Notes under the pieces: model-generated
Seen by the model: the letters and a program-made list of their open reading frames with translations, nothing else
Told to the model about the DNA's origin: nothing
The model's database searches: none
Position numbers and translations under genes: made by a program
Source of the DNA: an uncultured delta proteobacterium
GTDB taxonomy: Bacteria > Myxococcota_A > Polyangia > Palsa-1104
Reading direction: 5' to 3'
Assembly: GCA_963785725.1 (NCBI GenBank)
Contig: CAWAWS010000007.1
Span: 544,001 to 608,000, forward strand
DNA length: 64,000 bases
Part shown: positions 55,031-64,000 of the stretch, piece by piece
How the letters are laid out: each line of letters opens with the position of its first letter
Numbering within the stretch: position 1 is the stretch's first letter

Positions 55031-55621
55031 TTGGAGCCGGACGATAGACAGCTCGTCGACGACGCCCGCAAGGGCAACGCCGCCGCCTTTCGCGAGCTGG
55101 TCGTCAGACATCAACGTCGCGCCTATGCTGTCGCGCTCGGGATGGTTCATGACCCCGACGATGCACGTGACATCTGCCAGGACGCGTTCCTCAAGGTTCA
55201 CAAGAGCCTGGCGACGTTCGAGGGCGATTCGCAGTTCTTCACCTGGCTGTACCGGATCGTGATGAACCTGTGCATCGACCACCTGCGCAAGCGTCGCGGC
55301 CAGCAGGTCGAGTTCGACGAGACGATCGCGCAGGGCGACGCCGACGACGCCGGCGTGACGCCGCATCGAACCGGCTTCGATCCGGCGCGGGCACTTGCAG
55401 ATAAAGAGCTGCGCACACAAATCTTGGGAGCTTTGGCGAAGCTGTCGCCGTCCCACCGGGCAGTGCTGGTCATGCGCGAAGTCGATGGGCTGTCGTATCA
55501 AGAGATGTCGGAGACGATGAAGGTTTCGATCGGCACCATCATGTCGCGGCTGTTTCATGCACGAAAGAAGATGCAGGCGATGTTGATCGAGGCCCGCAAA
55601 GCTGCCACTCCGGCGGCGTGA
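55031..55621 (+). CDS. ECF sigma factor
   Basis: DICQDAFLKV...F.GDSQFFTWLYRIVMN; GLSYQEMS...GTIMSRLFHARKK. Confidence 0.93.
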   Translation: MEPDDRQLVDDARKGNAAAFRELVVRHQRRAYAVALGMVHDPDDARDICQDAFLKVHKSLATFEGDSQFFTWLYRIVMNLCIDHLRKRRGQQVEFDETIAQGDADDAGVTPHRTGFDPARALADKELRTQILGALAKLSPSHRAVLVMREVDGLSYQEMSETMKVSIGTIMSRLFHARKKMQAMLIEARKAATPAA

Positions 55622-56094
55622 AGGAACTGACGATGGATAGAGAAGCGGACGCCAGAAATACGCGCTTGCAGCAATACTTCGACGGCGAATTGCCGGCCGA
55701 GGAGCGGGCGCGCGTCGAAGCGGAGCTGTCGGAAGACGACGAGCTCAAGCTGTCGGCGCTCGGCGAAGTGCGCGGGCTCGTCGCCAACACGCTCATGGCC
55801 GAGGCGGCCGACATCGATCTCTGGCCGGCGCTGCAGAAGCAGCTCGACGCCGACGCCAAGCCCAAAGCGAAGCCGCGGCGGAGCTGGGGATTGCGCGCGC
55901 ATCCGGGCAGCTGGTCGGCGGGCACGCTGGCGATGGCGGCGGCGGCGTTGCTGTTCTTGTTCCAGCCGTGGCAGACTGGCAATGCCTGTGACGTCGAATC
56001 GTTGGAGACGTCGGGCGGGGTGGCGACGGTGTTCAACTTGAATGACACGCCCCATGGGCCTACGACCGTGATCTGGACCGAGGAGCAGGACTGA
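55618..56094 (+). CDS. Putative membrane anti-sigma factor
   Basis: Overlaps the sigma stop; LQQYFDGEL..EE..RVEA.L without HxxxCxxC; one TM; short C-terminal domain ending TVIW. Confidence 0.75.
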   Translation: MKELTMDREADARNTRLQQYFDGELPAEERARVEAELSEDDELKLSALGEVRGLVANTLMAEAADIDLWPALQKQLDADAKPKAKPRRSWGLRAHPGSWSAGTLAMAAAALLFLFQPWQTGNACDVESLETSGGVATVFNLNDTPHGPTTVIWTEEQD

Positions 56095-56095
56095 T

Positions 56096-56584
56096 ATGAC
56101 GATCGGACGCTGGGCTTTCGCGGTTGCGCTGGCGCTGTCTGCTTGGGGCGGTGGCGTGGCGCGCGCGGAGTCGGCGTCGTGCGAGATCCCGATCGTCCAC
56201 GCGCTGCACAACGGCGACGACGGCAAAGAGCCCGAGGTCGACTCGCAGATCAACAAGCTGCGGCCCTATCTATTGAAGGCACCGTTTACGGCGTGGCGCG
56301 AGTTCAAGCTGCTCGAGCGGCGCGAGCTGGAAGTGGCCGAGCACGGCACGCAGTCGTTCGAGCTGCCCAACGGGCGGCAGGTGTCGCTGACGTTCATCGG
56401 CCATACGGCGGGACCGGGCGATCATCGGCTGCGCTTGAAGCTGGTGATCGAAGACAAGAGCAAGAAGTCGAAGATGGTCGATACGACGTTCGTGCTCGAC
56501 GAGGGCGGCTTCGTGCTGCAGGTCGGCCAGCGCTACGAAGGCGGCATCCTCATCCTGGCCGTGACCTGCAAGACCCACGACTGA
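56096..56584 (+). CDS. Hypothetical exported protein
   Basis: Signal peptide ending ARA; directly follows the anti-sigma gene. Confidence 0.7.
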   Translation: MTIGRWAFAVALALSAWGGGVARAESASCEIPIVHALHNGDDGKEPEVDSQINKLRPYLLKAPFTAWREFKLLERRELEVAEHGTQSFELPNGRQVSLTFIGHTAGPGDHRLRLKLVIEDKSKKSKMVDTTFVLDEGGFVLQVGQRYEGGILILAVTCKTHD

Positions 56585-56655
56585 TTGACTTTTCCGCGCT
56601 GCGACTGCGGTTTCACGCTATGCGATCTCATTTAGCCTGCTAGACTCACGGGCCG

Positions 56656-58821
56656 ATGGATCGCCGGCTTCTCGTGTGGTTGCCGCTCGTTGCGCTGGCA
56701 CTGTTGGCCGGTTTGCCGCTCGCCGGCGAGCATGTCGTGCGCGCGATCGTGCTGCCCAAGGTGGCGGCGCGCTTGGGCCGCGCGATCATGGTCAACGACG
56801 TGCGCGTCGGCTTCGGCACGGTCGAGCTGCGCGGCTTCGTCGTCGACGGCGCGGGCGCGGCGCCGCCGCTGGTCGTGCCGGCGCTGCGCGCGAAGGTGAC
56901 GCTGGCGTCGCTGTTCGGCGGCGGCTTGCACATCGAATATGTCGAGCTCGATCGGCCGCGCGTCGACGTCGTGCGCGGCGAATCGGGCGACGACAACGTC
57001 TCCTCGATTCTCGACGAGCTGAAGAAGCACAGGCACGCCCAAGAGGGCGAGAACGGCGGCGGCGGCGGCGGCACGCGCATCGACGTCGTGCGCGTCAAGT
57101 CCGGCAACGTGCGGCTCACCGACGACACGCTGGGCTCGGCCGAGGTGCAGGCGCTCGACTGTGAGCTGCGTCCCGATGGCCCGGCGACGGTGCAGGTCAA
57201 GAACGCGAAGCTGGAGGTGGCCGGCGCGCGCGCCGCGGCCGGCGAGGCGACGATCGAGCTGACGCTGGCGCACAATCGTCCCGTCGGGCTGCCGACGATC
57301 ACCGTGGCCGACGGCTCGCTGACACCGCTGCCGGGGCTGGCGCTCACCGGCATCAAAGGCAACGTGCGGCCCGACGCTGACGGCGAGCGCGAAGTCATCG
57401 ACGTGCACGGCAGCTATGGCGGCGCGGCGATCGAGTTGTGGAACGCCAGCGGCTGGCTCAAGCCCGACACGAAAGAGGGCAAGCTCAGCCTGCGCGCCGA
57501 TCGCTTCAAGCTCTCGCAGCTCGACTCGGTCTTGCGCAACAAAGACGGCACGCCCGAGATTCTCAACGCGTCCAAGGGCGAGGTCGACGCGCACTTGGAT
57601 CTCGCCTTTCGCGACGACGCGCTGGCGTTCATCGGTGGCGCGCATCTCGGCGGCTTGACGGTCGCGTCGCCGCTGCTCGCGCCCGTTCCCGTGCCGCGGC
57701 TCGGGTTCGACGCGCGCGTCAAAGGGCGGCTCGACACCAAAGCGCGCACGCTGCATCTGGCCGAGCTGGCGGTCGACTTCCGCAACCTGCACGCGGCCAT
57801 CGCGGCCGAGGTCGAGAATGTCGGCAAGCGGCCCAAGTTCGACGCGACGCTCAAGGTGCATCCGCTGCCGTGTCAGACGGCGTTGGCGGCGTTTCCGTCG
57901 GAGCTGGTGCCCTATTTACAAGGGTTCAAGCTGACGGGCACCTTCGCCAGCGACTTGCACCTCGCGCTCGACTTGCAGGATCTCGACGTGCCGCCGGACT
58001 TGGGCGGTCAAGTCGGCATCGAAGGCTGTAAGGTCGTGCAGGCGCCGGAGTGGGTGTCGTCGGATCGGCTGCTGGCGACGTTCGAGCAGACGGTCGAGTA
58101 CGAGCCGGGCAAGTGGAGGACGTTCATCGTCGGGCCCGAGTCGCCCGATTGGGTGCCGTTCGCGGAGATCTCGCCGAACCTCATCAACTCGATCATGACG
58201 ACGGAGGACTCGGGCTTCTTCAAGCATCACGGGTTCATTCCGTCGGAGTTTCGCTCGGCGCTGCAGCAGAACCTGCAGCGCGGCTACTTCCGGCTGGGCG
58301 CGTCGTCGATCTCGATGCAGATGGTCAAGAACGTGCTGCTCTCGCGCGAGAAGACGCTGTCGCGCAAGCTGCAGGAGATGTTCTTGACCTGGTATCTCGA
58401 GCATCACCTGACGAAGGAGCGGATCATGGAGATCTACTTCAACGTCATCGAGTTCGGCCCGGGGATTTACGGCATCGGGCAGGCGTCGCGGCATTACTTC
58501 GGCAAGTCGGCCAAGGAGCTGGAGCCGCAAGAGGCGGCCTGGTTCTCGTCGATCCTGCCCAACCCGAAGCGGCGCTACGTGCAGTATTGCCACGCCAATG
58601 GCCTCCTCGATACGAAGTGGGACGCGTATACGAAGCGGATCATGCGACGCATGCACGAGCGCGGGCGCTTGACCGACGAGGAGTACGAGAAGGCGCTGGC
58701 GACGCCGCTGCATTTCTCGCGCACCGAGGCGATGCCGGAGAAAGAGTGTATGGCGTACGTCAAGCGGATTACGACGCCGTTGGCGCAGCTGGCGCAGCAA
58801 GGGCAGCTGCAAACGAAGTAG
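56656..58821 (+). CDS. Monofunctional peptidoglycan transglycosylase (GT51) with long AsmA-like N-terminal region
   Basis: EDSGFFKHHG, GASSISMQMVKN, RKLQE, KERIMEIYFN..EFG; no transpeptidase domain. Confidence 0.85.
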   Translation: MDRRLLVWLPLVALALLAGLPLAGEHVVRAIVLPKVAARLGRAIMVNDVRVGFGTVELRGFVVDGAGAAPPLVVPALRAKVTLASLFGGGLHIEYVELDRPRVDVVRGESGDDNVSSILDELKKHRHAQEGENGGGGGGTRIDVVRVKSGNVRLTDDTLGSAEVQALDCELRPDGPATVQVKNAKLEVAGARAAAGEATIELTLAHNRPVGLPTITVADGSLTPLPGLALTGIKGNVRPDADGEREVIDVHGSYGGAAIELWNASGWLKPDTKEGKLSLRADRFKLSQLDSVLRNKDGTPEILNASKGEVDAHLDLAFRDDALAFIGGAHLGGLTVASPLLAPVPVPRLGFDARVKGRLDTKARTLHLAELAVDFRNLHAAIAAEVENVGKRPKFDATLKVHPLPCQTALAAFPSELVPYLQGFKLTGTFASDLHLALDLQDLDVPPDLGGQVGIEGCKVVQAPEWVSSDRLLATFEQTVEYEPGKWRTFIVGPESPDWVPFAEISPNLINSIMTTEDSGFFKHHGFIPSEFRSALQQNLQRGYFRLGASSISMQMVKNVLLSREKTLSRKLQEMFLTWYLEHHLTKERIMEIYFNVIEFGPGIYGIGQASRHYFGKSAKELEPQEAAWFSSILPNPKRRYVQYCHANGLLDTKWDAYTKRIMRRMHERGRLTDEEYEKALATPLHFSRTEAMPEKECMAYVKRITTPLAQLAQQGQLQTK

Positions 58822-58823
58822 GC

Positions 58824-59312
58824 TCAGAAGCGGAAGCTGGCGTTGGCGGCGACGCCGGAGACGCCGTTGGCGCCGATCGTGGGCGCCGCGCCGAAGCCGG
58901 TCAGCTCGAGGCGACGGCCGCGCGCGACTTCGGCGCCGCCGACGATGTAGGTGGGAATGCCGGCAATGATCGCGGCGCCACCGACGAGGCCGAGCGCCAC
59001 CGAGGGCGCGAAGAGCTCGCCGCGGCGATCGCTGTAGCAGCGGTTGTCGTCGCAGCGCTGATCGAGCACGTCGAGGACGATGCCGCTGACGACGGCGGCG
59101 GCGCCGAGCCCCATCAGCAGCGCGCCGGCGACCTTCTTGGTGTGGCCGCGGCGCTCGAGATCTTTGGCGTAGCCGGGCGCGACCCACTGCGGCGGCGGCT
59201 GCAACACGGCGACGGGCGGCGGCGGCGGCGGAATGTTCACGGCTTCCTGTGCGTGAGCGGAAGCGGCGACGAAGGTGAAGGCCAAGGTCAAGCAGGTGGC
59301 GAACGAGCGCAT
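58824..59312 (-). CDS. Hypothetical exported/membrane protein
   Basis: AGGAGG RBS; signal peptide, Pro-rich linker, two Gly-rich hydrophobic helices, C-terminal FRF. Confidence 0.7.
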   Translation of the reverse strand: MRSFATCLTLAFTFVAASAHAQEAVNIPPPPPPVAVLQPPPQWVAPGYAKDLERRGHTKKVAGALLMGLGAAAVVSGIVLDVLDQRCDDNRCYSDRRGELFAPSVALGLVGGAAIIAGIPTYIVGGAEVARGRRLELTGFGAAPTIGANGVSGVAANASFRF

Positions 59313-59415
59313 CGATGTTTCCTCCTGCTGCAAAGACGAAGCAGGCGCGGGCTTATCGCGTGATCGAAGCCACGAATTGCGATGATTTCGACGATTGTGA
59401 GGAAGCGTCAACGCT

Positions 59416-59435
59416 CGTTCACGAAAGCGTGAACG
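59416..59435 (-). terminator. Hairpin downstream of the aldolase gene
   Basis: CGTTCACG-AAAG-CGTGAACG perfect 8-bp stem; no clear U-tract. Confidence 0.35.
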
Positions 59436-59443
59436 GCGCGGAG

Positions 59444-60241
59444 TCAGCGGCTGCGCAGCTGACGCAAGACGGCTTCGACGATCGCCGCTTCGTCGCCGCT
59501 CGTCGTGGTCGTTGCCTGCGGCGTCGTGGCGTCGGGCAGCGTGCCGGGTCCGCCGGTGCCGTTGGGGCAGGCGTTGCAGAGCGTGCAGGGGTCGGGCGCG
59601 CGCGGAATGCCGAGCTGCTTGGCCAGCGCCTGCAGCTTGTCGACTTCGCGCGGCGGCAGCGGCTTGACCGGCCCGAGCACGCGCGCGGCGTGCGTAATCT
59701 TGGCCGCGTGCTCCATCGCCTCCAGCCGATTGTAGGCTTCGTCGAGGTTGCGCCCGAGCGTGATGGCGCCGTGCCGATCCATGACGATGGCGTTCGACTG
59801 GCGCATGTAAGGCTTGAGCACGCGCGGCACTTCTTCCGTCGTCGGCGTCGAATAGGGCGCGACCAAAATGGCGCCCAAGATGAGGCACGTCTCCGACAGA
59901 ATGCACTGCGCCAGGCTGACGCCGGCCAGCGCCAGCGCCACCGTGATCGGCGGATGCGCGTGCACGACGGCGCCGACGTCCGCGCGCTCGGCGTAGGCCA
60001 GCTCGTGCATGAGGAACTCGGACGACGGCTTCTTCGTGCCGCGCAGGAGCTTGCCGTGCAAGTCGACGATGACCAGATCGTCGGGCTCGATGAAGCCTTT
60101 GTGATAGCCGGTCGGCGTCACGAGCACGCGCTCGTCGTCGAGCTTGGCGGAGACGTTGCCGTCGCCGGCCGCGATGTAGCCCTGCCGGTACATCCGGTGG
60201 CAGATTTCGGTCAACAGCTTGCGAAGCTCGGGCTCGCGCAC
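59444..60241 (-). CDS. Class II aldolase/adducin family protein with C-terminal CxxCxxC and encapsulation-peptide-like helix
   Basis: GDGNVS, VTPTG..KG, PSSEFLMH, VVHAHP, RHGA; tail PCTLCNAC...DEAAIVEAVLRQLRSR. Confidence 0.9.
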   Translation of the reverse strand: MREPELRKLLTEICHRMYRQGYIAAGDGNVSAKLDDERVLVTPTGYHKGFIEPDDLVIVDLHGKLLRGTKKPSSEFLMHELAYAERADVGAVVHAHPPITVALALAGVSLAQCILSETCLILGAILVAPYSTPTTEEVPRVLKPYMRQSNAIVMDRHGAITLGRNLDEAYNRLEAMEHAAKITHAARVLGPVKPLPPREVDKLQALAKQLGIPRAPDPCTLCNACPNGTGGPGTLPDATTPQATTTTSGDEAAIVEAVLRQLRSR

Positions 60242-60278
60242 GACGGCGGACCTTAGCACGCGCCCGGCAACGTGGTAC

Positions 60279-60959
60279 ATGGACGCCGTGAAACCGGTGG
60301 CAAAAGAGGACGCGCAGCGAGTCATCGACGCGCTGTCGCAGCATGTGGGCGACGAGCGGCGCGAGAAGCTGGAGCGCGTCGTGGCGTCGCGCCTCGGCGG
60401 GCTCGTCGTCGTGCTCGAGCAGCTCGTCGACCCGCACAACGGCGGCGCGGCCCTGCGCAGCTGCGAGGCCAACGGCGTGCGCGAGGTCCACGTCGTCGGC
60501 TCCAGCTTCGGCTTCTCCGAGCGCGTGACGCAGGGCTGTGACAAGTGGCTCGACATCGCGCGCGACGAGACCATCGAACGCTGCGCGGCCGATCTGAAGG
60601 CGCGCGGCTTCAAGCTGTACGCGGCCGTTCCCGGCGCTGAAGTGGCGCTCGAGGCGCTCGATCCGCTGGCGCCGGCGGCGTTCCTCGTCGGCAACGAGCG
60701 CGACGGGTTGACGGCGGCGGCGCGCGCGGCCTGCGACGTCGAGTTCGCGATCCCGATGCACGGCTTTTCGCAGAGCGTGAACTTGTCGGTGGCGACGGCG
60801 CTGTGCGTGTACACGCATGCGTCGCGGCGGCGGCGCGCGTTGGGGGCGGTGGGCGACCTGGACGCGGACGAGCGGCTGCAGCTGCTCGCCGACTACTATC
60901 GGCGCGACGTGCGCGGCGCGGACGCGATCGTCGCGCGCGCCAAAGCCGCGTCGCCGTAA
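60279..60959 (+). CDS. TrmH/SpoU family RNA 2'-O-methyltransferase
   Basis: LEQLVDPHNGGAALRSCEA.G, GNERDG, IPMHGFSQSVNLSVA. Confidence 0.9.
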   Translation: MDAVKPVAKEDAQRVIDALSQHVGDERREKLERVVASRLGGLVVVLEQLVDPHNGGAALRSCEANGVREVHVVGSSFGFSERVTQGCDKWLDIARDETIERCAADLKARGFKLYAAVPGAEVALEALDPLAPAAFLVGNERDGLTAAARAACDVEFAIPMHGFSQSVNLSVATALCVYTHASRRRRALGAVGDLDADERLQLLADYYRRDVRGADAIVARAKAASP

Positions 60960-61002
60960 GGCTTCCTCGCCCGAGACGGGCGCGACGTGATAAAATACCG
61001 GG

Positions 61003-63903
61003 ATGGCCGATTCGCCGCTGCCGCCGCCCGGGCCGTCGTCGCCGTCCGACGCGGACCCGGACGCGTCGCCCGATCGCGCCGAGCTGCCCGCGGGAATCGT
61101 CGGTAGCCGCTACGAGATCCGCGAGGAATTGGGCCGCGGCGCCATGGCCGTCGTCTATCGCGCCCGCGATCGCACCGTCGACGTCGAGGTCGCGCTCAAG
61201 GTGTTGTCCATCGCCGCCAGCGATCGCAGCGGCCGCATCGCGCGGGTGCGGCGCGAGCTCAAGGCGGCCTGGAAGGTGACCCATCCCGGCGTCGTGCGGC
61301 TCTACGATCTCATCGAGCGCGACGACAAAGTGGCGATCTCGATGGAGTGGGTCGAGGGCGAGACGCTGGCGGCGCGGCTCAAGCGGGAGCCGCGGCTGGA
61401 CGCGACCGAGCTCTTGCAGCTGGCGGTCGACCTCGCCGATGCGCTCGCGGCCGCGCACGAGGCGGGCGTGATTCACCGCGATCTGAAGCCGGCGAACATC
61501 ATCTTGCGCGCGCGGACCCATCGGCCGGTCATCACCGACTTCGGCGTGTCGCGGCTGGCCAGCATCGACGAGCCGGCGGCGGTCGAGCGCGACCCGACCC
61601 GCGAGGCGCCGTCGGTGCCGGGCCGCGATCCGCGGCTGACCCAGAGCGGCACCATGATCGGCACGCCGATGTATATGGCGCCCGAGCAGCTGGCCGCGTC
61701 GGGCAACGTCGGTCCGGCGGCCGACGTCTACGCGCTCGGCCTCGTCCTGTACGAAGCGGCGACGGGCGCGCTGCCCGCGTCCGACACGGCGCGCAGCCTG
61801 CTCGAGCAGCGCCGCGACGCGCGTCCGCCGTCGGTGGCGACGCTGCGGCCCGACTTGCCGGCGGCGTTGGTGCGCGCCATCGACGACGCGCTCGAGCCGG
61901 CGCCGCTGCGCCGCATCGCCGACGGCGCGGCCTTGCGCGTGCGGCTGCGCGGACGGATGTCCGGCCGGCGCAAGCGGTGGCTGGCGGCGGCGGTCGGCGT
62001 CGCGGCGCTCGTCGCCGTCGCGGCCGGGCTCTACACGCGCGGCGCGCTGCGCAATCGGCTGCCGGCGCACGATCGGCGCGTCGCCTTCGTCGTCGACAAC
62101 TTGGGCGCGCGCGAGGACGATTGGCTGGCGGCCGTGCTCGAGCGCGCGGCGCGGCACAGCTTGAGCCGCGAGGAGCTGCGCGTGCGCGCCGTCGAGCGGT
62201 CGCAGCAGCCGAACGTCATCGTGCGGCTCGGCTTCCATCGCGACGGCGACGTGCTGCATCTCGGCGGTGACGTGCGCGCGACCGGATCCGATCGGCCGCA
62301 GCCGCTGGCGGAGATGGAAGGCGAGTCGGTGGCCAAGCTGCTCGAACGCTTACTGCCGCAGCTGCAGACGCTGCTCGTGCAGAGCCAAGCCGAGCGCCCG
62401 CCCAACGCCGCCGAAGCCAAGGAGATGCGCGAGCGCGGCGTGACGTCGTTCCACGCCTATCTCGATCAAGAGCGCGCCATCTTCGAGGCCTTCGCGTCGG
62501 TGAATACGGACATCGCGCGCGTCGAAGCGGCGACGAAAGCGGCCATCGCCGCCGAGCCGGGCTGGGCCGATCCCTACGTCTTGCAGGCGATCATCCATCG
62601 CGACAGCGAGAGCGCGCGCGACGCGTTGGCCCGCGCGCAAAAGACGCAGTCACCCGGTCGCGGCCGCGCGCTGCTCGACGCCGCCGCCGTCTTCGTGAGC
62701 GGCCGTTATCAGGACGCGATCCCGCTCTTGCAGCCGCTCAACTATGCCGACGCCGGCGACGAGATGGTGGCGTGGATGTTGGCGACGGCGCTCGTGCGGC
62801 AGCATCGCGTGGAAGAGGCGGTGGCCGTCGAGCGCGCGGCCCATGCGCGCCATCCCGACTTGCAGTTCGGCGCCGACCTCGAGAACGATCTGCGCGCGCT
62901 CGGCCGGCAGAGCGAAGTGGCCGAGGTACAGAGCCGCTGGATGCGCGTCGCGCCCGACGCCGAGCAGCCGTTGAGCGCGCAGATCACCTTCGATCTCGAG
63001 GCGCATCAGGTCGCGCGCGCGGTGGTCGACACGCGGCGGCTGCTCATCGTGCACGGCTCGGACACGCGCAAGGGGCTCTTGTGCGACGTGCTCATCGTCG
63101 CCGATCGGCTGCCCGAAGCGGCGACGGTGGCCAACGACATGGTGACGGTGCCGGGCCAAGAGGGCGCCGACGGTTGGCTGCGCGTCGGTCAGATCGCGAC
63201 GCTGCAAGGCCGGTTCGCGGCCGCGTTCGACGCCTATGCGCGCGCGGCGAAAGAGGGGCGCCCGTCGGGCGATCAAGGGCCGACGGTGTTGGCGCTGCTG
63301 GAGTCGCAGGATTTGGGCGAGCGCACCGGCGTGCCGAGCGAGGTGCAGCGCGCGCTGGCCGAGACGGTCACCTATTTTGAGGCGACGATGCGGCCCGATC
63401 AGCTGGCCTATGCGCGCTTCGAGCGGAAGGTGGCGCAGGTGGCGAGCGGCGGCGAGCAATGTCCCGACCTCACGAGCCTCTTGCGCGACGCGGCGCTGTC
63501 GCCGCCGCCGCGCGTGTGGCTGCGCACGGCCGCGGCGGGTGGCTGCGCGGCTTGTCGCGACGTCGTCGCGCGCGGCCGCGATCTGTCGGAGCAGTCGATG
63601 AGCTCTTTGTTCCAGTTCGGGCAGTGTGCGCTCGCCGAGCATGCCTGGCAGCTGGCGGCCGACGCCTTCGCCGACGTGCAGCGCGTGCGCACGCAGTCGA
63701 CCGATCTGGTCCCGACGACGGCGACGGCCTCGGCGGTCATGGCGCGCTATCAGCGCGGCCGCGCGCTCGAGGCGCTGCGGCAGCCGAAGGCGGCGCGCGC
63801 GGCGTACGGCGATTTCCTGGCGCACTGGGGCCACGCCGATCGCCGGCTGCCCGAGGTCGACGCCGCCTATCGATCGCTGGCGCGGCTCGACGCCAAGCGC
63901 TGA
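61003..63903 (+). CDS. Membrane Ser/Thr protein kinase with C-terminal TPR-like region
   Basis: GRGAMA, HRDLKPAN, DFG, GTPMYMAPE; TM WLAAAVGVAALVAVAAGL; TPR-like end FLAHWGHAD. Confidence 0.9.
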   Translation: MADSPLPPPGPSSPSDADPDASPDRAELPAGIVGSRYEIREELGRGAMAVVYRARDRTVDVEVALKVLSIAASDRSGRIARVRRELKAAWKVTHPGVVRLYDLIERDDKVAISMEWVEGETLAARLKREPRLDATELLQLAVDLADALAAAHEAGVIHRDLKPANIILRARTHRPVITDFGVSRLASIDEPAAVERDPTREAPSVPGRDPRLTQSGTMIGTPMYMAPEQLAASGNVGPAADVYALGLVLYEAATGALPASDTARSLLEQRRDARPPSVATLRPDLPAALVRAIDDALEPAPLRRIADGAALRVRLRGRMSGRRKRWLAAAVGVAALVAVAAGLYTRGALRNRLPAHDRRVAFVVDNLGAREDDWLAAVLERAARHSLSREELRVRAVERSQQPNVIVRLGFHRDGDVLHLGGDVRATGSDRPQPLAEMEGESVAKLLERLLPQLQTLLVQSQAERPPNAAEAKEMRERGVTSFHAYLDQERAIFEAFASVNTDIARVEAATKAAIAAEPGWADPYVLQAIIHRDSESARDALARAQKTQSPGRGRALLDAAAVFVSGRYQDAIPLLQPLNYADAGDEMVAWMLATALVRQHRVEEAVAVERAAHARHPDLQFGADLENDLRALGRQSEVAEVQSRWMRVAPDAEQPLSAQITFDLEAHQVARAVVDTRRLLIVHGSDTRKGLLCDVLIVADRLPEAATVANDMVTVPGQEGADGWLRVGQIATLQGRFAAAFDAYARAAKEGRPSGDQGPTVLALLESQDLGERTGVPSEVQRALAETVTYFEATMRPDQLAYARFERKVAQVASGGEQCPDLTSLLRDAALSPPPRVWLRTAAAGGCAACRDVVARGRDLSEQSMSSLFQFGQCALAEHAWQLAADAFADVQRVRTQSTDLVPTTATASAVMARYQRGRALEALRQPKAARAAYGDFLAHWGHADRRLPEVDAAYRSLARLDAKR

Positions 63904-64000
63904 TTACGCGCGCTCGCTCGTCGAGTCCGGCCGATACACGGCGCCCCAGCCGATGATGACGGCCAAGATGGCGACGCCGACGGCGATGACGGCCGGCGCC
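63904..64000 (-). CDS. C-terminal fragment of a membrane protein (start outside the window)
   Basis: APAVIAVGVAILAVIIGWGAVYRPDSTSERA* with TAA at 63904-63906. Confidence 0.5.
   Translation of the reverse strand, partial: APAVIAVGVAILAVIIGWGAVYRPDSTSERA

Overview
GC-rich bacterial chromosomal DNA. The gene set points to a myxobacterium (Myxococcota, Polyangia-like; inference): TIGR04551-type barrel, AgmX/PglI-type C-terminal domain, multidomain Ser/Thr kinases and Cys-rich lipoproteins. Most of the window is core genome: deoC, dnaB, tRNA-Gln-prs-rplY-pth-rpsF-rpsR-rplI, glmS-moaC, sucAB, fumC, ettA, udk, radA, nagZ, a DUF4175-peptidase-MoxR-DUF58-BatA operon, two ECF sigma/anti-sigma pairs, a GT51 transglycosylase, a class II aldolase and TrmH. 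Many conserved genes carry 1-nt frameshifts that are most likely assembly errors. No transposase, integrase, phage genes or CRISPR array were seen. Main non-routine signals: (1) at least 7 copies of an AT-rich palindrome CTTATTGTC-N5-GACAATAAG within about 3.2 kb (45814-48970), three as a 29-bp-period array and three inside genes where they force rare codons, a candidate non-canonical centromere-like or chromosome-organising site; (2) a rhodanese with an in-frame TGA at a Cys-like position followed by a SECIS-like hairpin (candidate selenoprotein); (3) DeoC and a class II aldolase that each carry a microcompartment encapsulation-peptide-like helix next to a CxxCxxC motif; (4) a signal-peptide leader ORF followed by an RBS-occluding hairpin; (5) a structured glmS leader lacking the glmS ribozyme consensus; (6) a recurrent leaderless promoter architecture. 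Family calls come from motif recognition by eye; no searches were run.
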